This document shows positions 26,089 to 41,639 of a stretch of 64,000 nucleotides of DNA, piece after piece. The DNA comes from Octopus sinensis (taxonomy: Eukaryota), in the NCBI RefSeq assembly GCF_006345805.1, contig NC_042998.1:125984001-126048000 (forward strand), given 5' to 3'. The translations under genes and the position numbers were made by a program. Under the pieces are notes generated by a model. That model was given only the letters and a program-made list of their open reading frames with translations. It made no database searches and was not told the DNA's origin. The stretch's first letter is position 1, and each line of letters starts with the position of its first letter.

Positions 26089-26644
26089 CTCTTGCTCGCT
26101 CACTCGCTCTCTCTTGTGTTTTTGAAGGGGAGGGATATATGCGAACGTGATATTTTTACTCGCTATATAGCAAGGTCGAAAGGCAATCCCTTTATTCTGA
26201 AAAGAAAAGGATAAAAAAATTAAAATGTCCTTTGCTGAAAGATAATTTGGAGTTAAGCAGGGATTCCATTTCAGACTCTGCACAACTAAAAACCTAAAGA
26301 TGGGAAAGCCTTTCTGAATCAGAGCAGCAAAAACGTCAGTCTTTTTTTTATATATATATATTATTTTATTTTATCTATATATTTTATACATCCCCGGGTT
26401 CACCCGTTAAGTTCAATTTGTCATAACAAACCACTCTACATACAAACTGGATGGTTTTCACCAAGCACTACAACTAATGCCACATTATCATGGGAAACGT
26501 GTAGAATCCTCTTTGCATCGCACGGCCTGCAAGTTCTCTCCCATCCCATACACTGTATATCGCATAGCCTACGATTTCTTTCGCATCCCAAACTACAGAT
26601 GATACTTTTCATTCTTTTCCAAAAGTATATCTACTGAGGATATC

Positions 26645-26880
26645 TTTTATCGTTTGTTTCAGTCATTAGACTGTGGCCATGCTGGAGCACCACCTTGAAT
26701 TTATAGTCGAATGTATCGACCCCAGTACTTTTTTTTTTAGCTTGGTACTTATTTATCGATCTCTTTTGCCAAACCGCTAAGTTACGGAGACATAGACACA
26801 CCAACACCGGTTGTCACGTGGTGGAGAGGGACAAACACATACATACATACATACATACATACATACATACATACATACTA
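26645..26880 (-). mobile_element. SINE family B, 3' half, followed by (CATA)n
   Basis: gtttcagtcattagactgtggccatgctggagcacc...gccaaaccgctaagttacgg is the reverse complement of the family B tail. Confidence 0.8.
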
Positions 26881-28689
26881 CATATGTAGAAAATCGGTGT
26901 GTGCTTGTTTGTGGCGCTGTTATCTAACCCCTCCTACATCGTTTTATTGATTTTGATGAAACTTGACACGTGAGTAGAACTCATGTCTGGAAACCTTGTG
27001 ATATACTTAGATTGTTGAAAAAATCGATAATACGAGCTTATCCATAACGGAACTGTTCATATCGGTTGAGATTCCCTACCTATGGACTCGGTACAGAGCC
27101 GAGCTGTTGGTGGATGTATATTTTTCTATGGTACCCAGGGTAAATAACCCGACGAGATCAACGACTTGGGCTCTGTTGTATTTCCTCATGGATACATCGA
27201 ACAGTGGGTCTCCTTCCTTTTTCACCCTTTAGACATCATCGGGAAACAGGAGTGCCTTCCTAGCTTTCCGAATCATTATAATATTGTGGTTGCTAACTCT
27301 AGTAAGCTGTCTCCCGAAATCTGGGTTTTGCAAGAGGAGAGATTTTGATTTTCAACGGCAGAAAACTGGATGAACTTGCAGGTTGGTTTATTCTCGATAT
27401 CGCGAGACTAGTTAATGACAGCACGACTTCAGTCCCATTGAAATCAACCCTGTACCCTTCTGGCATCAGGAATACGTTTATTTACAATGCGTAGCTTGCT
27501 CTCGGGGGTGCTGATTAGCCTACATTTACAGCTGGAAACAACACGGGAATCATAATCGCTCAGAGTGATATAAGGAGTGCACAGCGATGCGGTCTACACA
27601 TTTTTTTTTTTCTGGAGTGTGACTATCTCCTTCGCTTCCGTGTTTATATCAGTGTATGCTCAGATGTTAACTTACTTGCACGTGCTAGTGCTTGCTCCGT
27701 ATATTTGCTTTGTGTGTGATGTGTGCGTGTGTGTGCTTATGTGTGCGCATGTGTGTGTGCGCATGTGTGTGTGCGCATGTGTGTGTGCGCATGTTTGCGC
27801 ATGTGTGTGTGCGTTTGAGCGCAAATACTTACACACACACACACACACACACACATACCATATTTCTGGTCAGTGTATACATTGATGCAACATTTTACAA
27901 AAGATATTTCAAAAATCTACTGTGTGCTTAATGCTCCAATATAACAGGTATGAAACCGAGCACTATTATCGCAAAGTGCGTAGCTAAAGCGTAGGACGGG
28001 CAGTTGTTAACTAAATATCACTAAACACATTACTAAATCTAAAATACTTAAAATACATTTATCTCAGTTTATTAGCAAAACTTACGACTAATGTGCCGAA
28101 GACCAAATTAATGGCTTACAGTACATGGGAAGTACATGACAGCAGGAACTCACACCATCTTAGTGTACCTCCACTCGCACCCCAGCATACATAATTCATT
28201 CCGGATATATATCTTACGTTACTGAACAACATCGTTACCTTTAAGAACGTTTGTTTATCTACCGGTAAATGAAAATGTTCCAGTAAGCTTAAAGGAATGT
28301 TGAACTTTAACTTTCACTTATCTACATTGCAACCAGGTGTCGATCAAACAATAGCGATTGTGCTACTCACTTCTAGCAGATCATGGTAGCAAAAACATCA
28401 CAACTAATAGTACGAGTTTCACATCCTGTATGCAATTCACTTGACTAAGATATAAAGAATCTACATATACAGTTGCTCTTATCAGAGTTAGAGTTTGCTT
28501 AAGGTATTTTCAAAGAGTTATACGTGATTTATCGTAAATTTCCCAGAGCTCAAGCCCTTGACTCAAAAACAATGTAAACTTTGCCATAGGATTAAATTTA
28601 AGTTCGATGTTATAACATACGCGAAATAACACGGTAATAGGTTAATAGTATTCTGGTCCACCACAACTAGTAAAATGATGAAGACTAGG

Positions 28690-29540
28690 AGGAAGCAAGA
28701 TCAGTTAAACATTAAACGTATGAAATTCTATTTCTGTTTAGTAATTGTCAAGAGGCCGGAAGTAAGAGAATCAAACACATGAATGGTAAACTAAAAGGGT
28801 CTAGATATATCACTACCTAAATGGTGCTCCGGATTTATGAGAGAAAAAATTACCTCTGTGTGAGGGCTAGAACAAGAATAGTATAAAAATTGCCCGCTGG
28901 ATACGAAAACAGAATCGCTAAATTTTTCAGATATCTGATTATTGCAGGGGAATAAAATAATTTTGAACTTTTACAAAGTCCCTTTAACATCTAAATACCC
29001 TCGAGCAATGTTAGAATTCAAAGCGGATGAATTTGTTATTGTTAAAACTTGTCTGCGAAGAAGCACGCTATGCAATTGTTTAATAAAAAAGGACATTACC
29101 TAAGGTAAGATTATGCACTAGAGTGTATATTCATGTCCATCTTAAAGGTTGAATGGATGAGGAAGAAATGAACTTAGAGATAAAGTGCGATCTTGACATC
29201 TAGGTGAGCTATTAAAGAAACCTGCCTCATTAGTTTTAGGTTCTGTTTCGGGCCATAAGATTGAACTTGTTAAAAAAAAACAAGCTGAGTGACATCGAGA
29301 TGTCTAACCATTTGCTTGCAACCTTTAGATGTCACAACCAGTAAACCATTTAAATGATCCGTGAGGAAAGAGTGAAACAAACGAGTGTGGGCTTCAGATT
29401 CTGAATGGTTATGAAATTTATAGAATGCAGTGCATGAAGAGGTTATGTTGAAATCATTTTCTATTTAAAAAATTGTAGCATTAATAATGCCCTTGATGGT
29501 GCAAAGGGAAATGTATTGCCTGAAGAAAAGATCCTATTAT
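28690..29540 (+). mobile_element. Degenerate pogo/Tigger-like (DDE_1) transposase remnant
   Basis: WCSGFMR (28822), RARTRIV*KLPAGYENRI, KG*MDEEEM (29144-29170), LQPLDVTTSKPFK (from 29316) and SINNALDG, all typical of pogo transposases. Stops and frameshifts present. Confidence 0.75.
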
Positions 29541-30829
29541 AGAGAATTCCATGGATGGAGAAAGTAAATAAATGAGTTTTTCAAGTTTTGACAATTTGAG
29601 TCTACTTAGTTCTGAAGATAATGGTTTCATGGGTTTTGCAGATGATGATAAAATAAAATTTCATAATTACATTTTTTTTTTTACATTCATTGTACATTGC
29701 TGATTTCTAGTAGCCTTATCCATTTACTGAAGTACCAGTTTTTCTTAGAATGCAAAACACTTTTCTCTTGTTGTTTGATAAGAAGGAAATATTTGCCTTG
29801 TTGCATATATACTACATCTGTGGGAATTCAGTCGTATTTATTGTACTTTGCAGCTTGTTTTGACCAGTTTTATCGATAAATAATCTTCCCTGCTGACACC
29901 AGTATTCGTTCATACCAATATAAGTTGTTTTTCTTTTCAGCTATAGTAAACTTAATGGATTTTTCTTTCATAGTTAGTATTATGTTACAGTATATGATTT
30001 CATACACGATTTCAATATATATTGTATTCACAAGAAAAGAAAAAAAGAAAGCTATTTTCTCTTATAACCACTTTAAAATCACTTTCGCGAAATCTATGAT
30101 GAAATATGACGAAGCATACAAAAATGGGGTGGTCTACAAAACTTCGTTATAAATTAAGTGTGCGCCTTATGCGGAGGTTCGTCTTATACACAGACAAGCA
30201 CGATGTGTATCTGTGTGTGTGTGTAAACCTGCAAATACGAGATAGATAGATACATACATACATACATACATACATACATACATACATACATACATACATA
30301 CATACATACATACATACATACATACATACATACATACATACATACATGCATACATACATATATATTCAGGTCAGCTCTTTTTGAATACAACTGTATTCAA
30401 AGGCGATCGATCTCATATTTTTGTGTATCTAACATTCTACAGTATTCAGTGTGTTCTTCCTTTACTTAAGACAATAATGTGTTACTTGGGGGAAGATTAG
30501 CCGCTATTTCTTGTACATAAAGTAACATTGTAAAGGTTCTTTGCTTTGGTAGACTTTGTGCATTGTATTTAGGGCAAGTAAACATGTTGAAGGCTATCCT
30601 TCTTCACGATATCCCTGAGGAATTGAACTCCGTCCTACAGCACTGCTAACAATTTAACCCGTCGTGATAACTCGGTATACAATGGAGTATTCTTAGTTTT
30701 AATGTGTGTGGTATCAATTTGCTGCAACGTCGACTGAGCCAAATGAGATCGCTTTAAGTAAATGTCATGATCATGGACATAACTTAGTGCCTGCGTCAAG
30801 ATAACGAACAGCCGATTTTCGTTTGGTTG

Positions 30830-31035
30830 TGGTACACCCTATCAACTTGCCTTCTACGTGGTCGCTCGACATAACAACCAAATCTCACTCATATCACATC
30901 CTCCGGTCTTAAAACAGGACGCATTAGGTGATGCTTTCATAGATACACTGCAGCTGAACGAAAGGACTAGATTACCACAGCAGAACTGCTTTTGATCAGG
31001 TGATCAGGGCTGACGTGGGGCTAAACAACAACTCA
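30830..31035 (+). repeat. Old dispersed repeat (family F); related copies near 960-1140, 5995-6210, 7000-7176, 16395-16560 (minus), 35770-35960, 39470-39640
   Basis: Shared degenerate segments caaatcacaccc..gtcttaaaa..ggacacattgga..ggctggaa..cctttgatca..gggctaaacaacaac recur at these positions. Confidence 0.6.
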
Positions 31036-31043
31036 GATCTCTA

Positions 31044-31151
<108 letters not shown>

Positions 31152-31398
31152 CTATCTCTCTGCTATAGCATGAAACGTGTTTACAAGTCACGTATACACT
31201 ACATATACATCACGTATACATCACACACGTGTACGACACTGAGAATATACTCGTGAAATGAAGCCAAGAAAATAATCGCTTCCATAACAACTACACGCAG
31301 CAGCAAAAATTGTTTAGACACGTGTTGCGTGCTTGTGTGCAAATCTCTGGCTTTCATATATATGCGTCTGCAAGTATCTGTAGAAGGGCGTCTATTCA

Positions 31399-31429
<31 letters not shown>

Positions 31430-31979
31430 GCTTACGTGTACATGTGTGCGTGGGTGTGTTTGTGTCAGTTTGTATTATTATTTATATACGTCTGTATTTA
31501 TTTTCATACAGCATTCATTTAATTTTATGTTGACGCCTCCGCCGTTCCTTATGTCGAAAGACTATTGAGAAACTCTTTCCCGGTTTAATGGCTAAAATCA
31601 GCAGTAGCAACACCCTCAGTATCTCTACAACATATTTTCTACATACACGTAACAGATTATTTATTATGCTGTGTGGTGAAAGGTCTGATTAATCTCAACG
31701 GTATCGTTGCAATAGTGAAGGCAATGATAACGAGTCGTCAAAACTGAAATTCACAGCTGGCAGACGTTGATAAAATCTTTTAGCCAGGTATCATAAGAAA
31801 GTGAATCTGGCTACTTTATGACTGAGTCATTGATAATAGTTTCATTTCAGTGTAATGTCTATATATTATATTGAGGTTTGGTTTGTTTTGGGTGGTATTG
31901 AGGGGGTTGTGTTGTGATTTAATAATGTCATTAGTAATACCATACCGTCTCAATTTTTTTCTCTTCCGCTTAAGTGTCC

Positions 31980-32048
<69 letters not shown>

Positions 32049-32049
32049 C

Positions 32050-32455
32050 TTTTCTACTGTAGGCACAAGGCCCGAAATGTTGAGGGAAGGTGCCAATCGA
32101 TTAGATCGACTCCTGTACGCAACTGATACTTAATTTATCAACCACGAAAAGATGTAAGGCAAAGGTGACCTCGGCAGAATTTGAACTCGAACATACAGAC
32201 GGACGAAATGCCGCTAGCATTTCGTCCGGTATGCTAACAATTCTGCCAGCTCGCCGCCTTAATGGTAATAATAATCCTTTTTAGTAAAGACACAAAGTCT
32301 GAAATTTGGTGGGAGGAGACTAACCGATTACATCAACTCCAGTGTTTTACTGGTACTTAATTTATCGACTCCGAAAGGATGAAAGGCAAAGTTGTGAGCT
32401 CAGAACATAAAGACAGGCGAAATGCTGCTGAGCATTTCGTCCGGCATGATAACAA
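32050..32455 (-). mobile_element. Two tandem family A SINEs; (AAT)n at 31981-32048 is the likely tail
   Basis: ttttctactgtaggcacaaggcc..ttctgccagctcgccgcc, then a second copy starting cctttttagtaaagacacaaag. Confidence 0.82.
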
Positions 32456-32461
32456 TTTTTA

Positions 32462-32800
32462 TTTTTTACTTTTAATCTATTACTCGTTTCAGTCATTGGA
32501 CTGCAGGCATGCTGGGGCACCGACTTGAAGTGTTTAGTTGAACAAGTGAACCCCAGTAACTTTTTAAGAATTTAGCACAATAAAAGGCTAACACTTAATC
32601 TATCTGTGCCTTTTGCCGAACTGCTAGTTTACCAGGTCGTCAACAAACTAACTCTGACAAGCGGTGAGTGGGAACACACCCAAAGATACACGCACACACA
32701 CACTCACACACACAGATATATTTATACATACATGTATACGACAGGTTTCTTTCAGTTTCCGTCTATCAAATCCAGGCTTTGGTTGATCCAGCATTAAGCA
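32462..32800 (-). mobile_element. SINE family B copy
   Basis: gtttcagtcattggactgcaggcatgctggggcacc...ttcagtttccgtctatcaaatcc matches family B in reverse. Confidence 0.8.
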
Positions 32801-34414
32801 TATGTGAATGAATGCTATAGTGAACTTTAACGTGCATATACTATAATGTACTTTTGAAATCTAAGATTTCAGCCGACACTACTTGCGTGTAAATTAAAGA
32901 GAATTAAATGCATAAGGCCATTGTAAACAATTCTTTCTTATAATTTCATCAAGGACAGAAAAACAGTTCGACTGGTTTCAATTATTTTATGAAATCTTAT
33001 TAGAAAGTGAGTACTCATCTATAACTATTCAGAGAGATATTGTACAATATAGTGTTAAAGTACTCAGTCTTTAATGCGTCATTAAGTTACTAATAAACAG
33101 TCTCTAACTGCCGATGCAGTACTTATGCAAATTGGATTCCTCGATTTATTAAAGTCCTTAAATCCAGTGACTGAAAATATAATCTTTTTTTTCCACGAAG
33201 AGATTGTTTGAAAGACGATGGCTTACCCAAAGATGCCCGCGCACGCACATACACACACACGCACGCGCGCACACGCACACACATACACTCACACAGAAAT
33301 CAGTTTAATTTACATCCATTGTCGGTTAAAATTTAGGTTTGCTTTAAAGTACATTATATCAAACACATAAACACGCGCGCATACACATATATTACACTTA
33401 TATGCGTGTGTGTATGTGTGTGTGTGTGTGTGTGCATACATATACACATACATACATATGTATATGTATATTTATACATACATATCTATATATGGACATG
33501 CATACACACACACATACACACATGCATATATGTAATATACATGCAAACACATACGCATACACACACATACACACACATACACACTCACGTATACTCGTGA
33601 AATAAATAACTGCAACTTAAAAGAACTCATAACCAAATTGGAACATAGCAGAATATATTTGATATAACATAATAGTGATTGCTATTTATTCAGTTATAAT
33701 AAATAGATATCCATACACACACACGCGCACACCGCACACACACACAAATACACACGTACATATATACACTCTCAATTTATCTGCACCCATTCTGTTTCAT
33801 ATTTCTTGTTCTAGACTCAAGGCATGCAGTAAAAACAAATAAGAAAGACTTTAATTAAATATCTACAAAATGTGTTAGAAAGACGTGTCTTTTTTTTCTT
33901 TTTTCTTTTGCCTCTCTTATTTTCCCGACATTTTCCTTTCATTCAGTGCAAACAGCATAAGTGTTCAGAGATTTATCTAAACAAAAATAAGCTAAGTGTT
34001 AAGAGCTTTCATAAATGCGGGGGAAATTAACAAGTGAATAAAACCGTCTACAGTCCTTTTTCTCTTTTAACTTCCGTTTTTGGGGGTTTTTTTGTATATT
34101 TTGATCATTTTTATTCCTTACCCGTTTTCAGTAACATTGCAATACTGTGAATCTGCTGTCTCTCATTTTAACCATTCTACCAGATGAGCAGGTCATTATA
34201 CAACCGTGGTGTCTCGAGTAGAAATATTTTTTGTACTTTTCTTTGCTAGTCAGCACGAGTATGTGTGTGTCTGTGTGCGTATGTTGTTGCTGATGTGCGT
34301 GTATGTCAATCGTTGCATGTGTGTGTGTGTGTGTCTGTGTCTGTCTGTCTGTCTGTCTGTGTCTGTGTTCACACCATAACCTCTTCTATGGTCATATGCA
34401 AATGTCTGAAACCA

Positions 34415-34817
34415 TAGCTGTTGCTGTTTGTTTGTTGAGCGAAGCGGTTTTCGTCCCAGAGCTCGCAAGATCGCGCCTCTGTAGTGGAAGAAGTCCGAAA
34501 CGTGATCCTTTGCTATTCGTAAGACCCGTAGAAGAGAAAGCAGGTCAACCCCGACACCGAGAGCATCGACGTATGGATGAATGCACATCCAGACTCAGCA
34601 GTTGCGTAGGAAGTCGGGGACAAAAAACAGGAAGAAAGAGTGAGAGAAGGTTGGAACGAAAGAGTACAACAGGGGTCGCCACCACCCCTGCCGAAGCCTC
34701 GTGGAGCTTTAGGTGTTTTTGCTCAATAAACACACACAACGCCCGGTCTGGGAATCGAAACCGCGATCCTCCGACCGCGAGTCCGCTGCCCTAACCACTG
34801 GGCCATTGCGCCTCCAC
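34415..34817 (-). mobile_element. tRNA-derived SINE (family D)
   Basis: Reverse complement begins gtggaggcgcaatggcccagtggttagggcagcggac..ggtttcgattcccagacc (A and B boxes), then a GC-rich body ending near (GT)n. Confidence 0.8.
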
Positions 34818-36062
34818 AGCTGTCGCTGCTCTTTCTGTTGTTGCCTTACTTCTCTTGTTTACTACGCATGCCACTATGCTATATCTGCGTACTATTATAG
34901 GAATCGGGCAAAGTGACTATCAAAACTTGCCAAAGTGAATATCAAAACAATGACACAGCAATGCACCATCGGTATGATACGAACGTCTGACCCTTCGATT
35001 GTTGTCTGATATTTAACCGACTCGACCACTCGCAGCTCATTTATTAACTATATTTGATATTTGCTCAGTTGTCTTTATCACTATTCTTGCAGTTATGGTT
35101 GCAAACAATTTATTTAAAGATGTATTATAGCAATATAAAGATACTAATTCAAAACCTTACCCAATGCCATAACCATTTTGGTCTCATGTTGAGGATCTAT
35201 TTTCAGTGTTTAAAACATTTTTGTCTGATCATCAGTTGCAGCAACTCAAAAACTGTACAATTGCATCATCATTGGTTCAATCATACCATTTGTAGACACC
35301 TAAGCTCTTTGGTTGCATAAATTGCCAATGACATTTTCTGTTATTAGTCCTTTATTCTAAAAGCGCGAGATAACAGAATCAGTATAGCACTGAAGGAAAT
35401 AACACAATTTCTTTGTGTTTCTTTCACTGTCAGTGAAAATCTCTCTGAGGTGAGTAACATAAACACCAGTCAAGTCCTGGCAAAGATTTAACTGACTGCT
35501 CTACCACCCAGTGTGAGAAGCCTTTCACTTATATACTTATATTCGTAAGAAGTCATTATTTTTTATCATGCCTGTAACTTCGACATACGAAAACAAATTC
35601 CAGTGTCTAGAAAGTATATTTCTAAACAATACTTCCGATGGGAGCGAGGATAGATTTGTATTGAGACAGTTATTTCATTCTCCTTCATCCACAAATTTGG
35701 AAACAAAGTGGAGGAGCACACGATTTCCTTATCTATTGCTTCGGGTTAATGTCACAGTAACCTGTATAGTATTTCGGAGAGTTCCTAAGCATTAAATTGT
35801 ACACTTCTCGTTGCAAATATCTCTTAAATATTATCCTACCGTCTTAAAAAGTGGAAATACGTTGTACAATGTAGACGATGCAGGATGCGGCTCAAACGTC
35901 TCTCGTCATAGGTCTACTCAGTGAAGGATGATCTGGTCCTAAACGACAACAACAACAATAACAACAACATTCTAACATTAAACAGCAATTTCATCATCAG
36001 TACCATTTTTTTCTGCTTTCATATTCCTCATACTCATCTTTCTCGTCTGGTTTGTCTTTCAG

Positions 36063-36233
36063 AAATTTAAAGTAAGGCTGGATGGAGGTCGATATAAAAG
36101 GGAAGGGCGAGTTGCTATACTCTTGCCCGGAGCTAAGAAGTATGGAGTGATCTGTGGTGACCACTGGAGTTATTTTGAAGCTTCTGTGGTCTGTCGGCAG
36201 TTAGGATTTGGTTTGGTGAAGCAAGTTTTCCAG
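36063..36233 (+). CDS. LOXL: LOXL exon: N-terminal half of second SRCR domain
   Basis: tgtctttcag|AAA...CAG|gtaagg, 171 nt, phase 0/0: KFKVRLDGGRYKREGRVAILLPGAKKYGVICGDHWSYFEASVVCRQLGFGLVKQVFQ (VRL-GG, EGRV, IC-D-W, VVCRQLGF motifs). Confidence 0.95.
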
Positions 36234-38873
36234 GTAAGGATAAATATTATGATTACTGACTATTAAGGAATGAATATGTATGCGTATGATTAGTGTTTGT
36301 GTGCATGTATAGAATTGGATGGCATCTGTTGATGTACGAAAAAAATTCAGAAATTAAATTCGTTTACTGAGAGAAGAATTCACTTCTGACGTTTCGTATC
36401 CAAAACTTTCTTTCCGGTCCAAAACATCAGAATTCACTTTCCCGATGACAAACGAACATATATTATTTACCAATTTTACAATATCTTACCAACTTGGCCA
36501 TTTTGGTTCTGTTGTTTATGCCTGTGTTACAATAAGGAAAAATCTAGGTAGTCATTCATTCTGATAAAAATAGCGACCAAATTCTCTCAAATCATGAACT
36601 ACCAGCTTAAAGGACTTATTGAAAAACACCGTCTCGGAATTTTTACTTGACAAAAACAAAATCACTCTCAGTGAGAGCCGACCACAATAAATGACAATAT
36701 GTACGTGTGTGTATACATATATTACTAACTTGGAAGTAGGTTAAGGATCTCCGGTTCTCTCCCTACTAGTCGGTGGCTACCACAACTCCAGCCCCCGTTG
36801 TGAACTTGGATCCAAGTAGTTTATTAGTTGGAGCACTCAGACTACACATCTATTAGTTTAGATCACCAGTGATCTAAACTGTTCCTCTTCTGTATATATA
36901 TATACACATGTGGGTGTGGGTGTGTGTGTGGGTGTGTGTGTGGGTGTGTCTCTTCCTGATGTAGCTTACCTGTCTGGTGATAAGGTTATACAAAACATGA
37001 AAGAAAGAAATGGAAGAATACAGAGGAGATAAAATATCTTGGTCTTGCCAAGTTATTTCTATCACATTAACCGTTAAAATCTCATGAATGCTTTGCAAGA
37101 CATTATCCTTTCAACAGTAGTTTTCATTAAAAGGTTTGTGTAGTTGCATTCGCTGTGAGGTTGCTCGGTGCAATTCTTTTATGGATTTGCTGTTTTCCGG
37201 AGAACATTACTTCAGCTGTTCTTTCTTCCACACAGGCTGATATAAGGGTTGCTACTGTGATGATAATAATAAGAGAAGGCTTGAATACTTGTATTGCAGA
37301 TGCAAGAATTCTGGAATGAATTTCTTATTGGTGGTTCAAAGATGATCTTATTCTATTTCAGTCCATTTCGTATCAATGACATCAAGTGACAACTAAGATA
37401 GCTTAACATTTACTCAACAGCTCCTTAGTAACTCAGACGCAGCATGTCCATGGATTTAAAACGTTTGCTTTGTAACCATAAAAGCCGTTCCAAGTTCAGT
37501 CCCTCTGCATAGTATCCTGAACAAATGTTTTGCTGTTGTTTTTTACTATATTCTTGAAATTCAAAAGCCAGCATTGTCACACACAGTCACATTCTCCATC
37601 ATAATTCATTTAAGGTACACATGTCTACGAAATACTCAGACACTTACAGGCTAATTCAATGAGTTGGCTGTTCCATTTGGTTGAACTTTGTAACATTCAT
37701 CGTTGGAACCGACGGGAATCCATTTACTATTCTTTTTTTTTTTTTACTCTGACACACATAGTGAAGGTAGAATAAGTCTTGTACTTTAACTGTTCTGTTC
37801 ACTGATTTATTTTACTGAACCAGCATTTAGCCTTTGTTTTTTATTCATCACCGAACAACTGCTAACTTTTCAAAATTAATTAACAATTTCACTAATATTT
37901 ATAGTTATAAATGCAATCTTATATTCTGGGCACACAATATATTAGTTCTGACTCATTAACTCGCAAATGTTAACGACATTCGAAGTAGGTGCTTACAATC
38001 TATCTATCTGAGATTGTCCAAATGACTGTGTCAATTTTATTGTGTTAGCAATTGATTGAAGTTTTGACTGAAATTCAGTCAATATTCCTTTTCTTGGAAA
38101 TTCTGGCTACATACATGTGTATATATATATATCTATCTGTTTAATCCACCTGTTTACCTGTGTCTACTTATGTATCTATATGTGCATGTGGACATATATT
38201 TGTACATAGATGTAAATATAGAATCGTGTTAATGACGCTGTTTATCCATGTAAAATTGATTACTATTAAGATATGTGGTTTCATGCAAGTCTGTGGTTGC
38301 GCATGCATATGCATGCATGTATGCATGCATGTATGTGTGTATATAAAGCATCATGACGAGCTGGCAGAATTACACTACGGTACTAGCCTAGTTCATGACT
38401 GCTTTATATGCAGCTGATCTATGCTGTTGATGGAAGAAAGAAGCCGGGTACATGCTGTCAACAAAGTGGAAATTTCCATCTGAAGATTCGGCACCTTTCT
38501 TTACCGCATATCACTAATATAGAAAGACTGTGTTTATATTTAGTCCACAGTGAGACTTAATAATATTTCAATTCTTCTGATTTTCACGCTATTTTGAATA
38601 TAATATTTGTTGTGTGTGTGTGCGTGCGTGCGTGCGTGCGTGCGTGCGTGTATGTGTGTGCACGTGCGTGTGGGTGTGTGGGTGTTTCTATAATTATAAG
38701 TATCGTTAATGATTGTGATTTATCCAAGTTAAACATCCATTTCTCTGTAGAATTAACCTAGATGTCTAACATTGTTTTGTGTTTTTGTATTTTGATACAC
38801 GGAAAAGAATTTCTGTACAAGATGCTTAATAATTTATTCATTATCTTAACTTTACCACCAACACCACGGACAG

Positions 38874-39030
38874 GTAAATTACTATGGTGGAAGTGAACTT
38901 GATAAACTCTTTGCCCGCATCCGTTGCCACGGAAACGAAAGTCATCTAGCAGACTGTCAGACGTTTGAGCATTACAATCAGGTGAAATGTAGCACTAAGG
39001 AGTCTGTGGCATCTCTCATTTGCACAGACG
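38874..39030 (+). CDS. LOXL: LOXL exon: C-terminal half of second SRCR domain
   Basis: cacggacag|GTA...ACG|gtaggt, 157 nt, phase 0/1: VNYYGGSELDKLFARIRCHGNESHLADCQTFEHYNQVKCSTKESVASLICTD. Confidence 0.93.
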
Positions 39031-40308
39031 GTAGGTGAACTCTGCTTCCTTTTTATAACTGTATCATCTTCTGTCTTGTACTTCTATTTTCTTCTTTTTT
39101 TTAATAATCAAAATGGCAGGAGCAGTATCCATGACATGTGCAGAGCCTCCTAGACTGGTAAGATTAATGTGGTTTATGTTCAGTTTGAACATCAGTAGGT
39201 CGGTGTCTTCAGGAAAACCGTGGGTGGAGAAGGAATTTCAGAGTGTTGGAGTCTTGGGGGTAAGATGATGTATCTAAACACGCATACTTAACTAATTCTA
39301 TGAGTATGTGCTGCGCGAGGCTATGGCAGTACGCATGCACTTTTCATCTTGTAAATGTGCGTGTGTAATGTTGTGTGTTTTCATACTAGTACATGTGCCA
39401 TAACACCTATCACTATTACCAACAATACCATCTATACCTTGTTACTAACGGGCGAATGAGTGGAAAGAGGGGCTTTATATGGCTGCCCGACCTACAAAAA
39501 ATAGCAAAGGTTCTTCAAATATCGCCTTATTAACAGAAAGACACATTACAGAATATTGTTCTAAATACCCCTAAATAAGACGAGATGGTCACGGCTGAAA
39601 TGCTTGGTCATAATTGCCTTGGAGTTAAACACTACTATTACTATCACTAACTCTAGCTCTCCCTCCTTTTTCTTTCTCCATCTTCTTCACACACTGTTCT
39701 AACCGCCATTTCATCTTTTTCTCTTCTCACTAGTCCACATGGTATTGAATTATTCTTTTGAATAAAGTGTTTTGATTTCATCGAATCATTGCTATTTATA
39801 TTGCCCGTTACAACCAGGATAAGCCAGTTTCTCTATTATGCTCCACTTAAGTAATCACCTTCTTAAGTCTACCACAATTCTGTTTTCATCAGTGATTGCG
39901 ATTGTTTGTGTTCTTACCATACCACCCCATTTTCTCCTGATAACCAACAACTAATATAATAGAGTCAACCACCTTTCCCCATCATCTTTCGTAACAACTT
40001 TAGCGATCGAACGGAGGTGCCTCAATGTGGTGGTTTGATCTACTAAAAGGAGCAGCCAAACTTCCATCAAATTATTTCACCCACATAAAGGCTACATATC
40101 TCGCGCTAAGGCTGTAGCGACTCCTTGTATAGACTCTTAATATGCTCAGAGTCCAACTAACAACGAGCTATTGGTCCAATATATGGGACGACGCTGTCGC
40201 TATACACCCAGATAACTTAGGTTGCATTCAAAGAAAAGGCTCCAAGATTGATATGAAGTTGCTCACAAACATACTCGAGAGCACAGACACACTGTCCATC
40301 CCCTCTCT

Positions 40309-40394
<86 letters not shown>

Positions 40395-41215
40395 CAGTGG
40401 TTTTCGTTCCTCAGCACTGACTGTTTTATGCCATTTCCACTCAGGGGCACACTGACACACTCGTCTCTCTCTAATTCTCGTTATCAGTACTGTGTCCACC
40501 ACTACTATCACCACATTAAACCACTTCTCACAGTACTTCCTTCCTGAAATAACATCCCGTTGAAATTCTTTCTTTTCCTACAGCTGAAATCTTGCCATTG
40601 TTCAAGAGGAACATCAACCCTGTGAATCTCATCAGTTACGGAGTATCTGTAACACAACCCCTTCATCTAACCTAAACTATCGACAAAAAAATCACAACTT
40701 GAATGAATCCTTCACTATAGGTATTACAACCAACTAGTAGCGGCCATTTTCATCAGATTTCCTTCAATTACAATCCTGTAGAACCTATTTCTTTCATATA
40801 TCCTGACCAACATATATAGTCTACCTAATTTCCTACTGCAGGCGGCTTTAGGTGGTTGAGAGGAAGTTATGTCATTTATATATTGACACAGCTGCGTGTC
40901 ACGATTTTCTTATGTTTACAGAAAAATTCTGATGGCTGTTATCAAAATCTTTCAATATGTCTTTATTAATCTATCTATATATCTACCCATATGTTTTATT
41001 AGTTATCCATCTATCTATCAGTGCCGTATGGTGGTTGTTGTAATGGATGTGCTGCCATACCCAATGCCACCAAATTTCATGCAGGGGTATAACAAAAGTT
41101 TTCCATTGAGATTTCTGATTAAATTAAAGAGTAAGGTTAATATTTGTAATGAATTTGCCATTTTCGATGGGTGTGCAGCGCACACCTAGCACATCTGGAA
41201 TATACGCCCCTGCTA

Positions 41216-41251
<36 letters not shown>

Positions 41252-41405
41252 CAATCTCATTATCGTTATTTTCCTCTAACTTCACGTCTTTAGCACTTTT
41301 AACTCATTCTTTCTTTTTTTATCTTTTCGAAATTTCTCTTATTTTTTCTCTCTCGCACTCTTCTAGTTTCTTTCCACTTCCACTTTCTCATTTTTTCTCT
41401 ATGTA

Positions 41406-41482
<77 letters not shown>

Positions 41483-41639
41483 GTGTTTGTGTGTGGTGTA
41501 TATATAAGTATATATAAATGTACACATTTATGTGTACATATACACATATACACATACACACACACTTATATATGTGTGTATGCTTGCAGAAATCGTATAT
41601 ATATATTTGTTAAACAGTCTTACTGTAAAAATATAGCCC

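Noticed and set aside
34303-34794. 163-aa + strand ORF and overlapping minus-strand ORFs
   Set aside because: They run through a (GT)n tract and the family D SINE; no domain or splice support.
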